A stretch of DNA of 64,000 nt, taken from NCBI GenBank assembly GCA_965199855.1, contig OZ241326.1, positions 2,979,535 through 3,043,534 of the forward strand, in the 5' to 3' direction. A program made the translations under genes and the position numbers. Of the stretch, positions 1 through 10,009 are shown piece after piece; the stretch's first letter is position 1, and each line of letters starts with the position of its first letter. The stretch is from a bacterium (GTDB taxonomy: Bacteria; UBA8248). The notes under the pieces are model-generated. The model saw only the letters and a program-made list of their open reading frames with translations. It did not search any database and was not told the DNA's origin.

Positions 1-296
1 GGGACGCCCTGCCGATCGCCGGCGCGGCGAGCGTCTGGGGCGAGGAGATTTATTTTCAAATTCCCGTGGAGGCGCCCCTGGAGGATTCCGCGCGCGAGGA
101 GATGGAAGTCGGCGAAATCGCCTACTGGCCGCCCGGCGGCGCGTTCTGCGTCTTCTTCGGCCGCACGCCGGCGAGCGCGGACGACGCCCCCCGCGCGGCA
201 AGCCCCGTGAACCCCCTGGGGAGGGTGGAGGGCGATCCCGGGGATTTTCTCGAGGTCCGCGCGGGCGAGGAGGTTCGCCTGGAGAGGACGGCATGA
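1..296 (+). CDS. Cyclophilin-like fold protein (DUF369/TM1367-like), 5' end outside window
   Basis: Frame is open from the window start: ...ASVWGEEIYFQIPV...EVGEIAYWPPGGAFCVFFGRTPAS...PRAASPVNPLG, matching the WG-EIYF and YWPPG-AFC-FFG-TP motifs. Confidence 0.75.
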   Translation, partial: DALPIAGAASVWGEEIYFQIPVEAPLEDSAREEMEVGEIAYWPPGGAFCVFFGRTPASADDAPRAASPVNPLGRVEGDPGDFLEVRAGEEVRLERTA

Positions 297-1546
297 CGCC
301 GGAGAAGCCCGGGGGCGCCCGCTTCCTCATTCACTACAACGAGATCGGGCTGAAGGGGAAGAACCGCCCGCTCTTCATCAATCGCCTGGCCCGCCGCGTC
401 GAGCGCGCGGCCTCCCCGTTCTGCGAGGCGAAGGTCAGGAAGCGCGCGGGCAGGCTCATCCTGGAGACGTCCCGCCTCGAGGATTCGGACGCCCTGGTCG
501 AGGCGCTGGGCAAGGTGTTCGGAATCGCCCATTTCGCCCGGGCGCGGAGAGTTCCCCTCGACCCGGAGGCGGCGGCGCGGGCGGCGCTCGAGATGATCGC
601 GCCTCTCAAGATCAAGACCTTCCGGGTGCGGACGCGGAAAGCCTTTCCCTCCACGCCCGTCAGCGCGAGAGAGTGGGACAGGGCCATCGGCGCGAGAATC
701 CAGGCGAGAAGGCACCTGCCGGTGGATTTGACGCGGCCCGGGCTCACGGTGCGCGTCGAGGCCATCCCCCGGGAGGCGTGGATATGCGTGGAGAAGACGC
801 CGGGGCCGGGCGGCCTGCCCGTCGGCTCGCTCGGGAAGGTGGCCGCGCTGCTCTCCGGCGGCATCGACTCCCCGGTGGCCGCCTGGCGCGCGATGAAGCG
901 CGGCTGCGAGGTCGCGTTCATCCACTTTCACGGCGCGCCCTACCTGAGCCGCGCCTCCGCGGAGAAGGCGCTGGATCTCGCCCGCATCCTGAACGCCTAC
1001 CAGCTGGGCGGCAGGCTCTACATGGTGCCGTTCGGAAGCCTGCAAAAGGAGATCGTTCTGGCGACGCGGCCCGAATACCGCGTCGTTCTCTACCGCCGCT
1101 TCATGGCGCGCATCGGCGAGCGGATAGCGGAACTGGAGAACGCCCGCGCCCTCGTCACCGGAGAGAGCCTGGGCCAGGTGGCGAGCCAGACCCTTCAGAA
1201 TCTCGCCGCGATAGAGGAGGCGGCGCGAATCCCGATACTGCGGCCCCTCATCGGCATGGACAAGGAGGAGATCATCGAGCAGGCCAGGAGCATCGACACG
1301 TTCGAGGTCTCCATCGAGCCCGATCAGGACTGCTGCTCGCTGTTCGTGCCGAAGCATCCGGCCATCCGCTCCCACGCGGGGCACCTGCGCGGGATCGAAT
1401 CGCGCCTGCGGGCGGGAGAAATGATAGAAAAGGCGCTCCGCGAAGCCGAAATCGTGGAACTCGACCCCGAGGGGCGGACGAGGACGCTCCCCTTCGCCGA
1501 AGTCCATCCCCCCGCCGGGGAAGCGTCCGTCCCGCCGGGGGCGTAG
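293..1546 (+). CDS. thiI: tRNA 4-thiouridine synthase ThiI (THUMP + PP-loop, no rhodanese domain)
   Basis: HYNEIGLKGKNR N-terminus, GPGGLPVGS, LLSGGIDSPVA PP-loop, TGESLGQVASQT, DCC. Confidence 0.93.
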   Translation: MTPEKPGGARFLIHYNEIGLKGKNRPLFINRLARRVERAASPFCEAKVRKRAGRLILETSRLEDSDALVEALGKVFGIAHFARARRVPLDPEAAARAALEMIAPLKIKTFRVRTRKAFPSTPVSAREWDRAIGARIQARRHLPVDLTRPGLTVRVEAIPREAWICVEKTPGPGGLPVGSLGKVAALLSGGIDSPVAAWRAMKRGCEVAFIHFHGAPYLSRASAEKALDLARILNAYQLGGRLYMVPFGSLQKEIVLATRPEYRVVLYRRFMARIGERIAELENARALVTGESLGQVASQTLQNLAAIEEAARIPILRPLIGMDKEEIIEQARSIDTFEVSIEPDQDCCSLFVPKHPAIRSHAGHLRGIESRLRAGEMIEKALREAEIVELDPEGRTRTLPFAEVHPPAGEASVPPGA

Positions 1547-1547
1547 C

Positions 1548-1949
1548 CTAGCCGGCCTTCTCCCGCTCCATCTCCGCCGCCAGGTCCCGCTGCTCCACGA
1601 AGTGGGTGTCCGGGTGCAGATAGCCCGCGAAATTGTCCCGCCGTATCGGCCCGCACGCCTCGAAGGCCACCGTATCCTCCAGGTAGTCCGCCTGGTGCTC
1701 GGTGTGCGGCGGCACGTACCAGACGTCGCCCGGCTTCAGAACCGCCGCCGGCTCCTCGCCCGCCTGCACGCGGGCGGCGCCGCTGATGAGGCAGAAAATC
1801 TGCTCCGCCTCGTGGTGGTGCCTCCGCGTGGAGTTGCCGCCCTTCGCGTGGATGTAGCTGATCATGCAGTGCCTCCCGCTCACCAGCCCCACTTCCACCC
1901 CCGGAAAGGGGACTTTCACGGGCAGCTCGTCCCAGTTCGTCACCGGCAT
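1548..1949 (-). CDS. Cupin domain protein
   Basis: HHHEAEQ and GDVWYVPPHTEH cupin motifs. Confidence 0.8.
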   Translation of the reverse strand: MPVTNWDELPVKVPFPGVEVGLVSGRHCMISYIHAKGGNSTRRHHHEAEQIFCLISGAARVQAGEEPAAVLKPGDVWYVPPHTEHQADYLEDTVAFEACGPIRRDNFAGYLHPDTHFVEQRDLAAEMEREKAG

Positions 1950-2021
1950 TTTTCTCTCCTCCCGCGCTTCTTCAGGGGCGCCAGCGCGCCTGACGCCTGT
2001 TGAAGGATTTCCCGCCTTTCA

Positions 2022-2050
2022 TCGCCATTCCGGCGGAAGCCGGAATCCAT
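2022..2050. repeat. REP-like palindrome (CGTC/ATTCC-type)
   Basis: tcgccATTCCGGCggaaGCCGGAATccat hairpin between two co-directional genes; a related shortened copy lies at 15809-15830. Confidence 0.55.
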
Positions 2051-2067
2051 CCCTCCCCCCGCCGCCG

Positions 2068-2976
2068 CTAGACCTCCCGCAGCCTCCTGACGGCCTCGGC
2101 GGGCAGCGGCTCGCCGCAGGCGGCGTTCTGCGCGGCCTGCGCCGGCGTTCTGACGCCCGGTATCACGCAGCTCGCGTTCTCGTTCGAGACGCAGAAGCGG
2201 ATGGCCGCCTGCGCCGGCGATACGCCGAGGTTCTCCGCCGTCTCGCGGACGCAGCCGAGCTGGCCCTGGAATTTCCTGATGTTCTCCGGCGAGAGGATGT
2301 TCCTTCTCCGGTCGCCCTCGGCGAACTCGAAGGTCTCGTCGATGCGCCCGGAGAGGAAGCCCCGCTTCATCGGCACGCGCGATATCACGCCCACGTTCGC
2401 CGCCTTCGCCCGCGCGAAGGCGGGCGCGGCCTCCTGGCTGATGACGTTGTATTCCATCTGAAGGGCGGCGGGCCTGTTCTGCTCCACCGCCAGATCGCAC
2501 TCCTCCACCGTGTTCACCGAAACGCCCCAGTGCCTGATTTTCCCGTCGTCCTTCGCCTGCTCCAGCAACGCGTAGCTGTCCTCGGCCGCCATGTTGCTCA
2601 CGTCCGGGTTGTGGAGCTGGTAGTAGTCAACCGCGTCCACCCCCAGACGCTTCAGGCTCCCCTCCAGGCAGGCGCCGATGTAGTCGGGCGTGAAGTTGCG
2701 GACCCCCGTCGTCATGTCGTTTCCGCCCTTGGTGAAAACCAGGATGTCGCCCCTGTCCGACCGCTCGGCGAGGAACCTGCCGATGACCGTCTCGCTGTGG
2801 CCCGCCCCGTAGGCGTCGGAGGTGTCGATGAAGTTCATGCCGGCGTCGATGGCGGCGTGCAGGGCGCGGGCGCTCTCCCCGTCGTCCACCGGGCCGAACG
2901 CGCCGCCGATGGTCATCGCGCCGAACCCGATGACCGTGACCTCCAGACCCGTGCGTCCGAGCGTTCTTCTCTCCAT
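2068..2976 (-). CDS. Aldo/keto reductase
   Basis: Start trimmed to MERRTLGRTGLEVTVIGFG (ATG at 2976); NFIDTSDAYG, FTKGG, SLKRL..D.YQLH. Confidence 0.9.
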   Translation of the reverse strand: MERRTLGRTGLEVTVIGFGAMTIGGAFGPVDDGESARALHAAIDAGMNFIDTSDAYGAGHSETVIGRFLAERSDRGDILVFTKGGNDMTTGVRNFTPDYIGACLEGSLKRLGVDAVDYYQLHNPDVSNMAAEDSYALLEQAKDDGKIRHWGVSVNTVEECDLAVEQNRPAALQMEYNVISQEAAPAFARAKAANVGVISRVPMKRGFLSGRIDETFEFAEGDRRRNILSPENIRKFQGQLGCVRETAENLGVSPAQAAIRFCVSNENASCVIPGVRTPAQAAQNAACGEPLPAEAVRRLREV

Positions 2977-3193
2977 GGTTCGTCTCCATGATGAAAGCGG
3001 GGGAATTTCCAGCGTCCCGGAGGCGCGGCCGCGAACGGCCCCGGCGTCCCGGCCGGCGAACGGCGACCGCGCGAAGATGGGCGCATCATATCCCCGCTTC
3101 GCCCGCGTCCGCAATCGGGCCGCCGGATATGCGAAGCGCCGCGCCTGGGCTATACTCGGCGCATACGATCCCCCGCCGACCGGAGGAGAGAAC

Positions 3194-4516
3194 GTGGAAG
3201 CCCTCAAGCGGAAAGCGCTGGACTGCCTCGACGCCCTGGCGAACGAGGCGCGCGAAGTCGCCCGCGAGATATGGAGCTTCGCGGAAATCGCGCTCGAGGA
3301 ATTCAGATCCGCGGCTCTGCTCGCCGACGTCCTCGAGCGCAACGGCTTCGAGGTGCAACGCGGCGTGGGCGACCTGCCCACCGCCTTCATCGCCCGATGG
3401 GGCGGGGAGGGCCCCGCCGTCGGCGTTCTGGGAGAATACGACGCCCTGCCCCACTGCGGGGAATCGCACGAAAAGCAGGGCCACGGCTGCGGGCACAACC
3501 TCTTCGGGACGGCGAGCGCCTACGCCGCCGTCGCGGCGGCGCGCGCCCTTCGGGAGGCGGGGGCGAAGGGGCGGGTGGTCTGCTTCGGCTGCCCGGCGGA
3601 GGAAACGCTGGAGGGCAAGGTGTACATGGCGCGGGACGGCGCGTTCGAGGGCATCGACGCCGCCCTCACCTGGCACCCCGGAGAGCGGAACTTCACCCGG
3701 GGGGGCAGCACCAACGCCATGGACTCCATCGTATTCGAGTTTCACGGCGAAACCGCCCACTCCGCGCGCGACCCCTGGAACGGCAGAAGCGCGCTCGACG
3801 GCGTGGAAATCATGAACTACGGCGTCAACATGATGCGCGAGCACGTCATCGAGCCGGCCAGGATTCACTACGTCATCACGGACGGAGGGGTGGCGCCCAA
3901 CGTGGTGCCCTCCTATTCGCGCGTCTGGTATTACGTGCGCGCCCCCACGAGGAAAATCGTCGAGGAACTGACCGGGCGCGTCCGGAACTGCGCGCAGGCG
4001 GGCGCGCTGGCCTCCGGCACGAGCGTGCGGGAAACCCTGCTCACCGCCGTCTATGAGAACCTCCCCAACGACGCCCTCGCCCGGTGCGTGCAACGCAACC
4101 TGGAGTTCGCGGGCGCCCACGCCTACTCGGAGGAGGCCAGGGAGTTCGCCCGAAGCCTGGGCTTCGACGAGCCGCTCTCCGAGGCGATCTCCCCCCTCGA
4201 CCCCGCGGACATTCGCCCGAGCAACGAGCGCGGCAACGTGAGCTGGCTCACCCCCCTGGGCAACCTGATGACGGCGTGCCACGCGCCGGGAACGCCCGGC
4301 CACTCCTGGCTCGCCACCCGGCAATACGGCATGGAAATCGGCGAGAAGGGCATGATGACCGCCGCCAGAACCCTGGCGGCCGCGACGCTCGAGCTCCTCG
4401 CCGACGAGAGCCTCCTCAGGCGGGTGCGCGAGGAGTTTGAAGCCAGAACGGAGGGATTCGCCTACGACCCCGTCATCCCCGAGGGGCAGAAGCCGAACCC
4501 CCTGGGCATGAGATAG
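3194..4516 (+). CDS. M20 family amidohydrolase (AbgB-like)
   Basis: GTG start after GGAGGAG; GEYDALP, HGCGHNLFG, GCPAEE, WHP, AHSARDPWNGRSALD. Confidence 0.85.
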   Translation: MEALKRKALDCLDALANEAREVAREIWSFAEIALEEFRSAALLADVLERNGFEVQRGVGDLPTAFIARWGGEGPAVGVLGEYDALPHCGESHEKQGHGCGHNLFGTASAYAAVAAARALREAGAKGRVVCFGCPAEETLEGKVYMARDGAFEGIDAALTWHPGERNFTRGGSTNAMDSIVFEFHGETAHSARDPWNGRSALDGVEIMNYGVNMMREHVIEPARIHYVITDGGVAPNVVPSYSRVWYYVRAPTRKIVEELTGRVRNCAQAGALASGTSVRETLLTAVYENLPNDALARCVQRNLEFAGAHAYSEEAREFARSLGFDEPLSEAISPLDPADIRPSNERGNVSWLTPLGNLMTACHAPGTPGHSWLATRQYGMEIGEKGMMTAARTLAAATLELLADESLLRRVREEFEARTEGFAYDPVIPEGQKPNPLGMR

Positions 4517-4561
4517 AAGCCGCCCGAGAATCGTTCGCCCCGCGAGCCAGGAGAGCCGGCC

Positions 4562-5401
4562 ATGAAATTCGGCGTCGCCATCTTCCCGACCGACTACTCC
4601 ATCGCCCCGCACCGGGTCGCCAAAGAGGCGGAGGAGCGGGGCTTCGAGTCCGTCTTCTTCCCGGAGCACACCCACATTCCGGCGAGCCGGAAAACCCCCT
4701 GGCCCGGCGGCGCCGAGCTGCCGCGGGAATACTCGCATTCGCTCGATCCGTTCGTGGCGCTCGGCGCGGCGGCCGCGGCGACGGAAAAAATCATGCTGGG
4801 CACGGGCGTCTGCCTCGTCATCGAGCGCGACCCCATCACCCTGGCCGGCGAGGTGGCCTCGCTCGACCACCTCTCGGGCGGGCGCGTCCTCTTCGGCGTC
4901 GGCGGCGGCTGGAACCGCGAGGAGATGGAGAACCACGGCACCAGCTTCCCGAAGCGCTGGCGCGTCCTGCGCGAGCGCGTCGAGGCGATGAAGGCCATCT
5001 GGACGGAGGAGGAGGCGAGCTACCGCGGAGAATTCGTGAATTTCGAGCGCATCTGGTCCTGGCCCAAGCCGGTTCAGAAGCCGCACCCGCCCATCCTGGT
5101 GGGCGGAAACGGGGCGAGGACGCTCGAGCGCGTGGTTCGCTACGGGGACGGGTGGATGCCCCTGCCCCGGGGAGACGCGGACTGGACTCCGCGCGTCCGG
5201 GAGCTTCAGGCGCTGGCGGCGCAGGCGGGGCGCGGGGAGATTCCCGTCACGCTGTTCTTCGCTCCTCCGGACCCGGAGAAGCTGCGCGCCCTCGAGAGCG
5301 CGGGGGTGGCGCGGAGCCTCTTCTACCTCCCCTCGGCGGAGGCGGACGTCGTCCTGCCGAAGCTGGATGAGCTGGCCGGCGTCGCTGCGCGATTCGGCTG
5401 A
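4562..5401 (+). CDS. LLM-class probable F420-dependent oxidoreductase (Rv2161c-like)
   Basis: AEERGFESVFFPEHTHIP, DPFVAL, SLDHLSGGRV..GVGGGWN.EE, PKPVQKPHPP. Confidence 0.85.
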   Translation: MKFGVAIFPTDYSIAPHRVAKEAEERGFESVFFPEHTHIPASRKTPWPGGAELPREYSHSLDPFVALGAAAAATEKIMLGTGVCLVIERDPITLAGEVASLDHLSGGRVLFGVGGGWNREEMENHGTSFPKRWRVLRERVEAMKAIWTEEEASYRGEFVNFERIWSWPKPVQKPHPPILVGGNGARTLERVVRYGDGWMPLPRGDADWTPRVRELQALAAQAGRGEIPVTLFFAPPDPEKLRALESAGVARSLFYLPSAEADVVLPKLDELAGVAARFG

Positions 5402-5407
5402 GAGGCG

Positions 5408-5453
5408 AAAAAAGCCCCCCGGCGCGCCGCCCCTCGCGGCCGTCGGGGGGCTT
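5408..5453 (-). terminator. Probable intrinsic terminator between the convergent LLM gene and msrA
   Basis: AAGCCCCCCG...CGGGGGGCTT stem followed by a T-run on the minus strand. Confidence 0.5.
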
Positions 5454-5468
5454 CCTCTTCGCGCCCGC

Positions 5469-5936
5469 CTAGTGGCAGTGGGCGATTCCGCGCTTTTCGA
5501 GATACTGCTGGTGGTAGTCCTCGGCCATCCAGAACCTGGACGCCGGCGTGATTTCCGTCACGATCGGGGCGTAATGGCGGCCCGAAGCCTCCTGCTCCTC
5601 CTTGGAGGCGCGCGCCTCGGCCTCCTGCTCCGGCGAGAAGAAGAAAATCGCCGAGCGATACTGGGTGCCCACGTCGGGGCCCTGCCGGTTCGGCGTGCAG
5701 GGATCGTGAATCCGCCAGAACACGTTCAGCAGGTCGCGGTAGGAGACCCTCTCCGGCTCGAACTCCAGATGGACGACCTCCGCGTGTCCCGTGCGGCCCG
5801 AGCACACCTCTCGGTATTCGGGCGCCTCCTTCGCGCCGCCCGAATACCCCACCGCGGCGCTCGCCACGCCCTCCACCCGGCGAAACGCCGCCTCCACCCC
5901 CCAGAAGCAGCCCGCGCCGAACATGGCCTTTTCCAT
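5469..5936 (-). CDS. msrA: Peptide-methionine (S)-S-oxide reductase MsrA
   Basis: FGAGCFWGVE, GHAEVV, QGPDVGTQYRSAIF, AEDYHQQY. Confidence 0.95.
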   Translation of the reverse strand: MEKAMFGAGCFWGVEAAFRRVEGVASAAVGYSGGAKEAPEYREVCSGRTGHAEVVHLEFEPERVSYRDLLNVFWRIHDPCTPNRQGPDVGTQYRSAIFFFSPEQEAEARASKEEQEASGRHYAPIVTEITPASRFWMAEDYHQQYLEKRGIAHCH

Positions 5937-5963
5937 GAGCGTCCCCCTCGCTGAAAACCGGAC

Positions 5964-7061
5964 CTAAGGCTCCACCTCCACCCCGCCGGGCGCGCCTTCC
6001 GCCACCTCGCCGAAGACGGCCGCGGCCGCCGCCCCCGCCCCGCGCAGCTCCGCCAGAAGCGCCTCCGCCTTCTCCGCCGCCACCGCGATGATGAGCCCGC
6101 CCGAGGTCTGCGCGTCGTTCAGCAGGGCGAGCATCTCCTCGCTCACGCCCGGCTTCGGCTCGACGAAGGGCCGCGTCCACGCGCGGTTGCGCTCGCCCCC
6201 GCCCGCCGTGCCGGCGACCGCGCGCGGAAGCAGCCCCTCGAACTGCGGCACGCGGGAGAAGGAGACGCGCGCCCGCGCGCCGCTGGCCTCCATCACGTTG
6301 CGCAGATGCCCCAGGAGGCCGAAGCCCGTCACGTCCGTGCAGGCGTTCACGCCCACGCGCATCATGGCCTCGCTCGCCCCCTTGTTGAGCGTCTTCATCG
6401 AATCGACGGCCTCCTCGAACACGCCGTCGGGGAGGCTGCCGTTTCTCCCGAAAACGCCGCGCGCGGCGCGCGCCAGCGCGCCCCCCCGCTTCGCCGCGTT
6501 CGCGACGACGCCGGTGCCGATTTTCTTCGTCAGGACGAGCTTGTCCCCCGGCTTCGCCCCCCGGTTCGTCACCATCTCCCGGGGGTCGACCGTTCCGGTG
6601 ACGGCGATGCCGTATTTCGGCTCGGCGTCCTCCACGCTGTGGCCGCCCACGATGACGCCGCCCGCCTCGCGCATCTTGTCCGCCCCGCCGGCCAGGATTT
6701 CCCCGAGCACGTCCAGCCCGAGGCTGCAGGGAAAGCCCACCAGGTTCAGCCCGGTGACGGGCCGCGCGCCCATGGCGAAGCAGTCGCTCAGCGCGTTGGC
6801 CGCGGCTATCTGGCCGTAGGCGTAGGGGTCGTCCACGATGGGGGTGAAGAAGTCCACCGTCTGGACGATGGCCAGATCCTCCCGGAGCCGGTATACGCCC
6901 GTGTCGTCTCCGGCGTTCGTCCCGTAGAGCAGGTTGGGGTCCGAAAACGGCTCGAACCGGCTCAGCGCCTCCCGCAGGTCCTCCGGACCCAGCTTCGAGC
7001 CTCAGCCGCCCGCCCTGGCCATCCGCGTGAGCCGCGTCTTTCTCTCCGACGTCGCCGCCAT
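5964..7061 (-). CDS. selD: Selenide, water dikinase SelD, selenocysteine-containing (U20)
   Basis: From ATG 7061 (RBS GGAGAGGG): MAATSERKTRLTRMARAGG-TGA(7002-7004)-GSKLGPEDL...DDTGVY...QTVDFFTPIVDDP, in frame with ORF 5964..6857; also ANALSD, GGHS, TDVTGFGLLGH, DAQTSGGL. Confidence 0.93.
6977..6989 (-). promoter_or_regulatory. Putative bacterial SECIS hairpin of selD
   Basis: GGTCC-GGA-GGACC stem-loop starting 12 nt after the UGA, with G in the apical loop. Confidence 0.6.
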
Positions 7062-7147
7062 GCCCTCTCCAGAAAACGGCCCTGCGGCCTGGAAAACCCT
7101 CCTATCGGGAATCATAATACACATCGAAGGGATAGACAAAAAACGGC

Positions 7148-7181
7148 GATGACGTATTCAACGCGCGTCAAATACGTCATC
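7148..7181. promoter_or_regulatory. 34-bp near-perfect palindrome between divergent selD and dehydrogenase genes
   Basis: GATGACGTATT-ca-ACGCGCGT-ca-AATACGTCATC. Confidence 0.5.
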
Positions 7182-7231
7182 ATCCCCCAAAACATCTCTC
7201 TCCCTCCGCGCCTTCCGGAAAGGACTCCCGC

Positions 7232-8209
7232 ATGAAAGTCGTGATTTCCGACGATTACCAGGACTGCGTTCGCCGCCTCGCGTGCTTCTCCAAAATGGCG
7301 GGGCACGACGTAGCCATCCACAACGACACGGTGGAGAGCCTCGACGCGCTCGAGGAGCGCTTTCGGGAGGCGGAGGCTGTCGTGCTGATCAGGGAGCGCA
7401 CCCGCATAACGGCCGATTTGCTCGCCAGGCTCCCCGCCCTCCGGCTGGTGAGCCAGACGGGGGCCGGCTTCGCCTCGCACGTCGACCTGGAAGCCTGCAC
7501 GCGCCACGGGGTGGCCGTGGCCGCCGGAGGCGCGGGCACGCGCTCCACGTGCGAGCTCGCGTGGGGGCTCATCCTCTGCGCCATGCGCTCCCTGCCCCGG
7601 GAGATCCGCAGCCTCGCCGGGGGCGGCTGGCAGACCGCGCTGGGGGAGGATCTGTACGGGAAAACGCTCGGCATCTACGCCTACGGCAAAATCGGCGCCC
7701 AGGTGGCCGCCGTGGGCAAGGCGTTCGGCATGAGCGTCATCGCCCACGGGCGGGAGGGCTCCGCCGAACGCGCCCGGGCGGACGGAGTGGCGGTGGCGCG
7801 CGGCAGGGAGGCGCTCTTCGAGACGTCCGACGTCCTGAGCCTCCACATCCGCCTCACGCCGCAGACGAGGGGCATCGTGACGGCGGAGGACCTGGGCCGC
7901 ATGAAGCCGGACGCCCTTCTCGTGAACACCAGCCGCGCCGGGCTGGTGGAGGAGGGCGCGCTCGAGGCGGCGCTCAGGGCGGGAAGGCCCGGCTTCGCCG
8001 CCGTGGACGTCTATGAGAGCGAGCCGGTGCGGGGCGCCGCGCACCCGCTGCTGGCCATGGAGAACGCGATCTGCGCGCCCCACCTGGGCTACGTCACCCG
8101 GGGCACGTTCGAGAAGTATTTCGGCCTCGCCTTCGACCAGATCAACGCCTTCGCCGAAGGAAAGCCCATCAACGTCCACAACCCGGAGGCGCTGACGCGC
8201 CGGGCTTGA
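7232..8209 (+). CDS. D-2-hydroxyacid dehydrogenase family protein
   Basis: IRERT, GKTLGIYAYGKIG, DVLSLH, VNTSRAGLV, DVYESEP, PHLGY. Confidence 0.88.
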   Translation: MKVVISDDYQDCVRRLACFSKMAGHDVAIHNDTVESLDALEERFREAEAVVLIRERTRITADLLARLPALRLVSQTGAGFASHVDLEACTRHGVAVAAGGAGTRSTCELAWGLILCAMRSLPREIRSLAGGGWQTALGEDLYGKTLGIYAYGKIGAQVAAVGKAFGMSVIAHGREGSAERARADGVAVARGREALFETSDVLSLHIRLTPQTRGIVTAEDLGRMKPDALLVNTSRAGLVEEGALEAALRAGRPGFAAVDVYESEPVRGAAHPLLAMENAICAPHLGYVTRGTFEKYFGLAFDQINAFAEGKPINVHNPEALTRRA

Positions 8210-8281
8210 TTTTTCGCGCGAGGCGGTGTTGAATCTCCTCCCGGAGCCGGAAAAACTCTCCCGCGCCTGAGGTTCTCCAGG

Positions 8282-9424
8282 TTGGACTTCGCCTTCAACG
8301 AGCGCCAGGAACTCATGCGCCGCACCCTCCGCGAGCGCCTCGATCGCGTCTGCCCGCCCGAATACGCGATGGCCTGCGACAGGAAGGGCGAAGCCCCCAT
8401 CGACGCCTACGGGGCGCTGGCCGAGGACGGATGGATCGGCGTCTCCGCGCCCGAGGAATACGGGGGGATGGGGGGCGACGCGGTCGATCTGGCGCTCGTC
8501 CTGGAAACCGCGGGGACGCGCTACCTCGACCTCGCCACCATGATCTTCCGAAACGTCTGCTACGGGGTGGACGCCATGCTCGAAAGCGGAACGGAGGCGC
8601 AGAAAAAGGCGTTCATCCCCTCCGTCATCAGGGGCGAGAAGTTTTTCGCGTTCAGCCTCACCGAGCCGGACGCAGGCTCCGACGCCGCCGCCATCATCGC
8701 CCGCGCGGACAGGGAGGGGGACGTATTCCGGCTCACGGGCACGAAGAACTTCACCTCCGGAATGCCGACGGCCACCCACGTCCTCGTCGCCGCGCGAACG
8801 GACAGCTCGGGGGCGAAGCACGAGGGCATCACGAATTTCATCATTCCCGCGGACGCGGAGGGCGTCACCTGGTCGAAGCTCGATCTGCTCGGCCACCGGG
8901 CGATGGGCACCTGCGTGGCGCACTACGACGCCGTGGAGGCGAGCGAGGCGGACGCGCTGGGCGCGGTGGGAGAGGGGTGGAAGGGACTCATGGCCTACCT
9001 CACCACCGAGCGGCTCTGCCTCTCCGCGGCGCGCGTAGGCGCGGCGGCGGCGGCGCTCGCGCTGGCGCTCGAGCACGCGAAGGAGAGGAGGCAGTTCGGA
9101 CGCCCCATCGGGAAGTTTCAGGCCGTGAGCCACATGCTCGCCGAAATGCACGTGCTCGTGGACACGGCGAGGCTCCAGGTCTATCGCTTCGCCTGGCTCG
9201 TCTCGCAGGGAAAGGCGGGGCGCATCGAGGCGGCGACGCTCAAGCTCTACGCCGGAGAAGCCTACAAGAAGGCGGCCGACCTGGGCGTGCAGGTGATGGG
9301 CGGCTACGGCTACAGCGGGGAACACGCCATGGAGCGCCACTACCGAGACGCGCGGCTCGCCACCATCGGCGCGGGCACGAGCGAGGTGCAGAGAAACATC
9401 ATCGCCAAGGCGCTGGGGCTCTGA
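8282..9424 (+). CDS. Acyl-CoA dehydrogenase
   Basis: TTG start; FSLTEPDAGSDAA, GTKNFTS, RRQFGRPIGKFQAV, QVMGGYGY, RDAR..TIGAGTSE. Confidence 0.9.
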   Translation: MDFAFNERQELMRRTLRERLDRVCPPEYAMACDRKGEAPIDAYGALAEDGWIGVSAPEEYGGMGGDAVDLALVLETAGTRYLDLATMIFRNVCYGVDAMLESGTEAQKKAFIPSVIRGEKFFAFSLTEPDAGSDAAAIIARADREGDVFRLTGTKNFTSGMPTATHVLVAARTDSSGAKHEGITNFIIPADAEGVTWSKLDLLGHRAMGTCVAHYDAVEASEADALGAVGEGWKGLMAYLTTERLCLSAARVGAAAAALALALEHAKERRQFGRPIGKFQAVSHMLAEMHVLVDTARLQVYRFAWLVSQGKAGRIEAATLKLYAGEAYKKAADLGVQVMGGYGYSGEHAMERHYRDARLATIGAGTSEVQRNIIAKALGL

Positions 9425-9529
9425 CCGCTCCGGGGACTTGAGGATTTCGCCCGAAGAGCCGAAACTGGCACTTCCGGGCCGCGCCGCGAAACCGACGCGG
9501 CGGCATTCATTCACGGGGACGCGGGCTTC

Positions 9530-9997
9530 ATGCCACTCGACAAGAGCGCGCTGGAAAGAGAGTTTCCCGAGTTCGAGTTCCGCGTCGAGCGCGGAAAAAT
9601 ACGCGAATACGCCCTCGCCCTGGGCCTCGCCGACCCGGTGCACACGAACCTCGAGGCCGCCAGGGCCGCGGGCTTCGACGACCTGCTCGCTCCGCCCACC
9701 TTCGTCCGCCAGTTCTGGCACGAAACGCCCGAGAACGACCCCATGCCCCATCTGGGCTACGACCCGAAGCGCCGCCTCCACGGGGAGCAGGAGTTTGAAT
9801 ACCACAAGCCCCTGGTCGCCGGCATGAGCCTGAGGGGCCGAAACGCCATCGTCTCCACCCGCGAGAAGGAAGGCCGCCGGGGCGGCATGATGACCTTCGT
9901 CGTCATCGAGACCAGGTTCGAGGACGAGGCGGGCGAGCTCGTCCAGGTGGCGCGGCGCACCCTCATCGAGACGGCGGCGCCTCCCAAAGAGGGCTGA
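9530..9997 (+). CDS. MaoC-family dehydratase (MaoC_dehydrat_N type)
   Basis: VERGKIREYA, APPTF, LHGEQEFEYHKPL. Confidence 0.82.
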   Translation: MPLDKSALEREFPEFEFRVERGKIREYALALGLADPVHTNLEAARAAGFDDLLAPPTFVRQFWHETPENDPMPHLGYDPKRRLHGEQEFEYHKPLVAGMSLRGRNAIVSTREKEGRRGGMMTFVVIETRFEDEAGELVQVARRTLIETAAPPKEG

Positions 9998-10009
9998 GCG
10001 AGACCGGAC

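Noticed and set aside
5469-5936. MsrA as a third selenoprotein
   Set aside because: The active site is encoded as Cys (GCFWG) with no in-frame TGA
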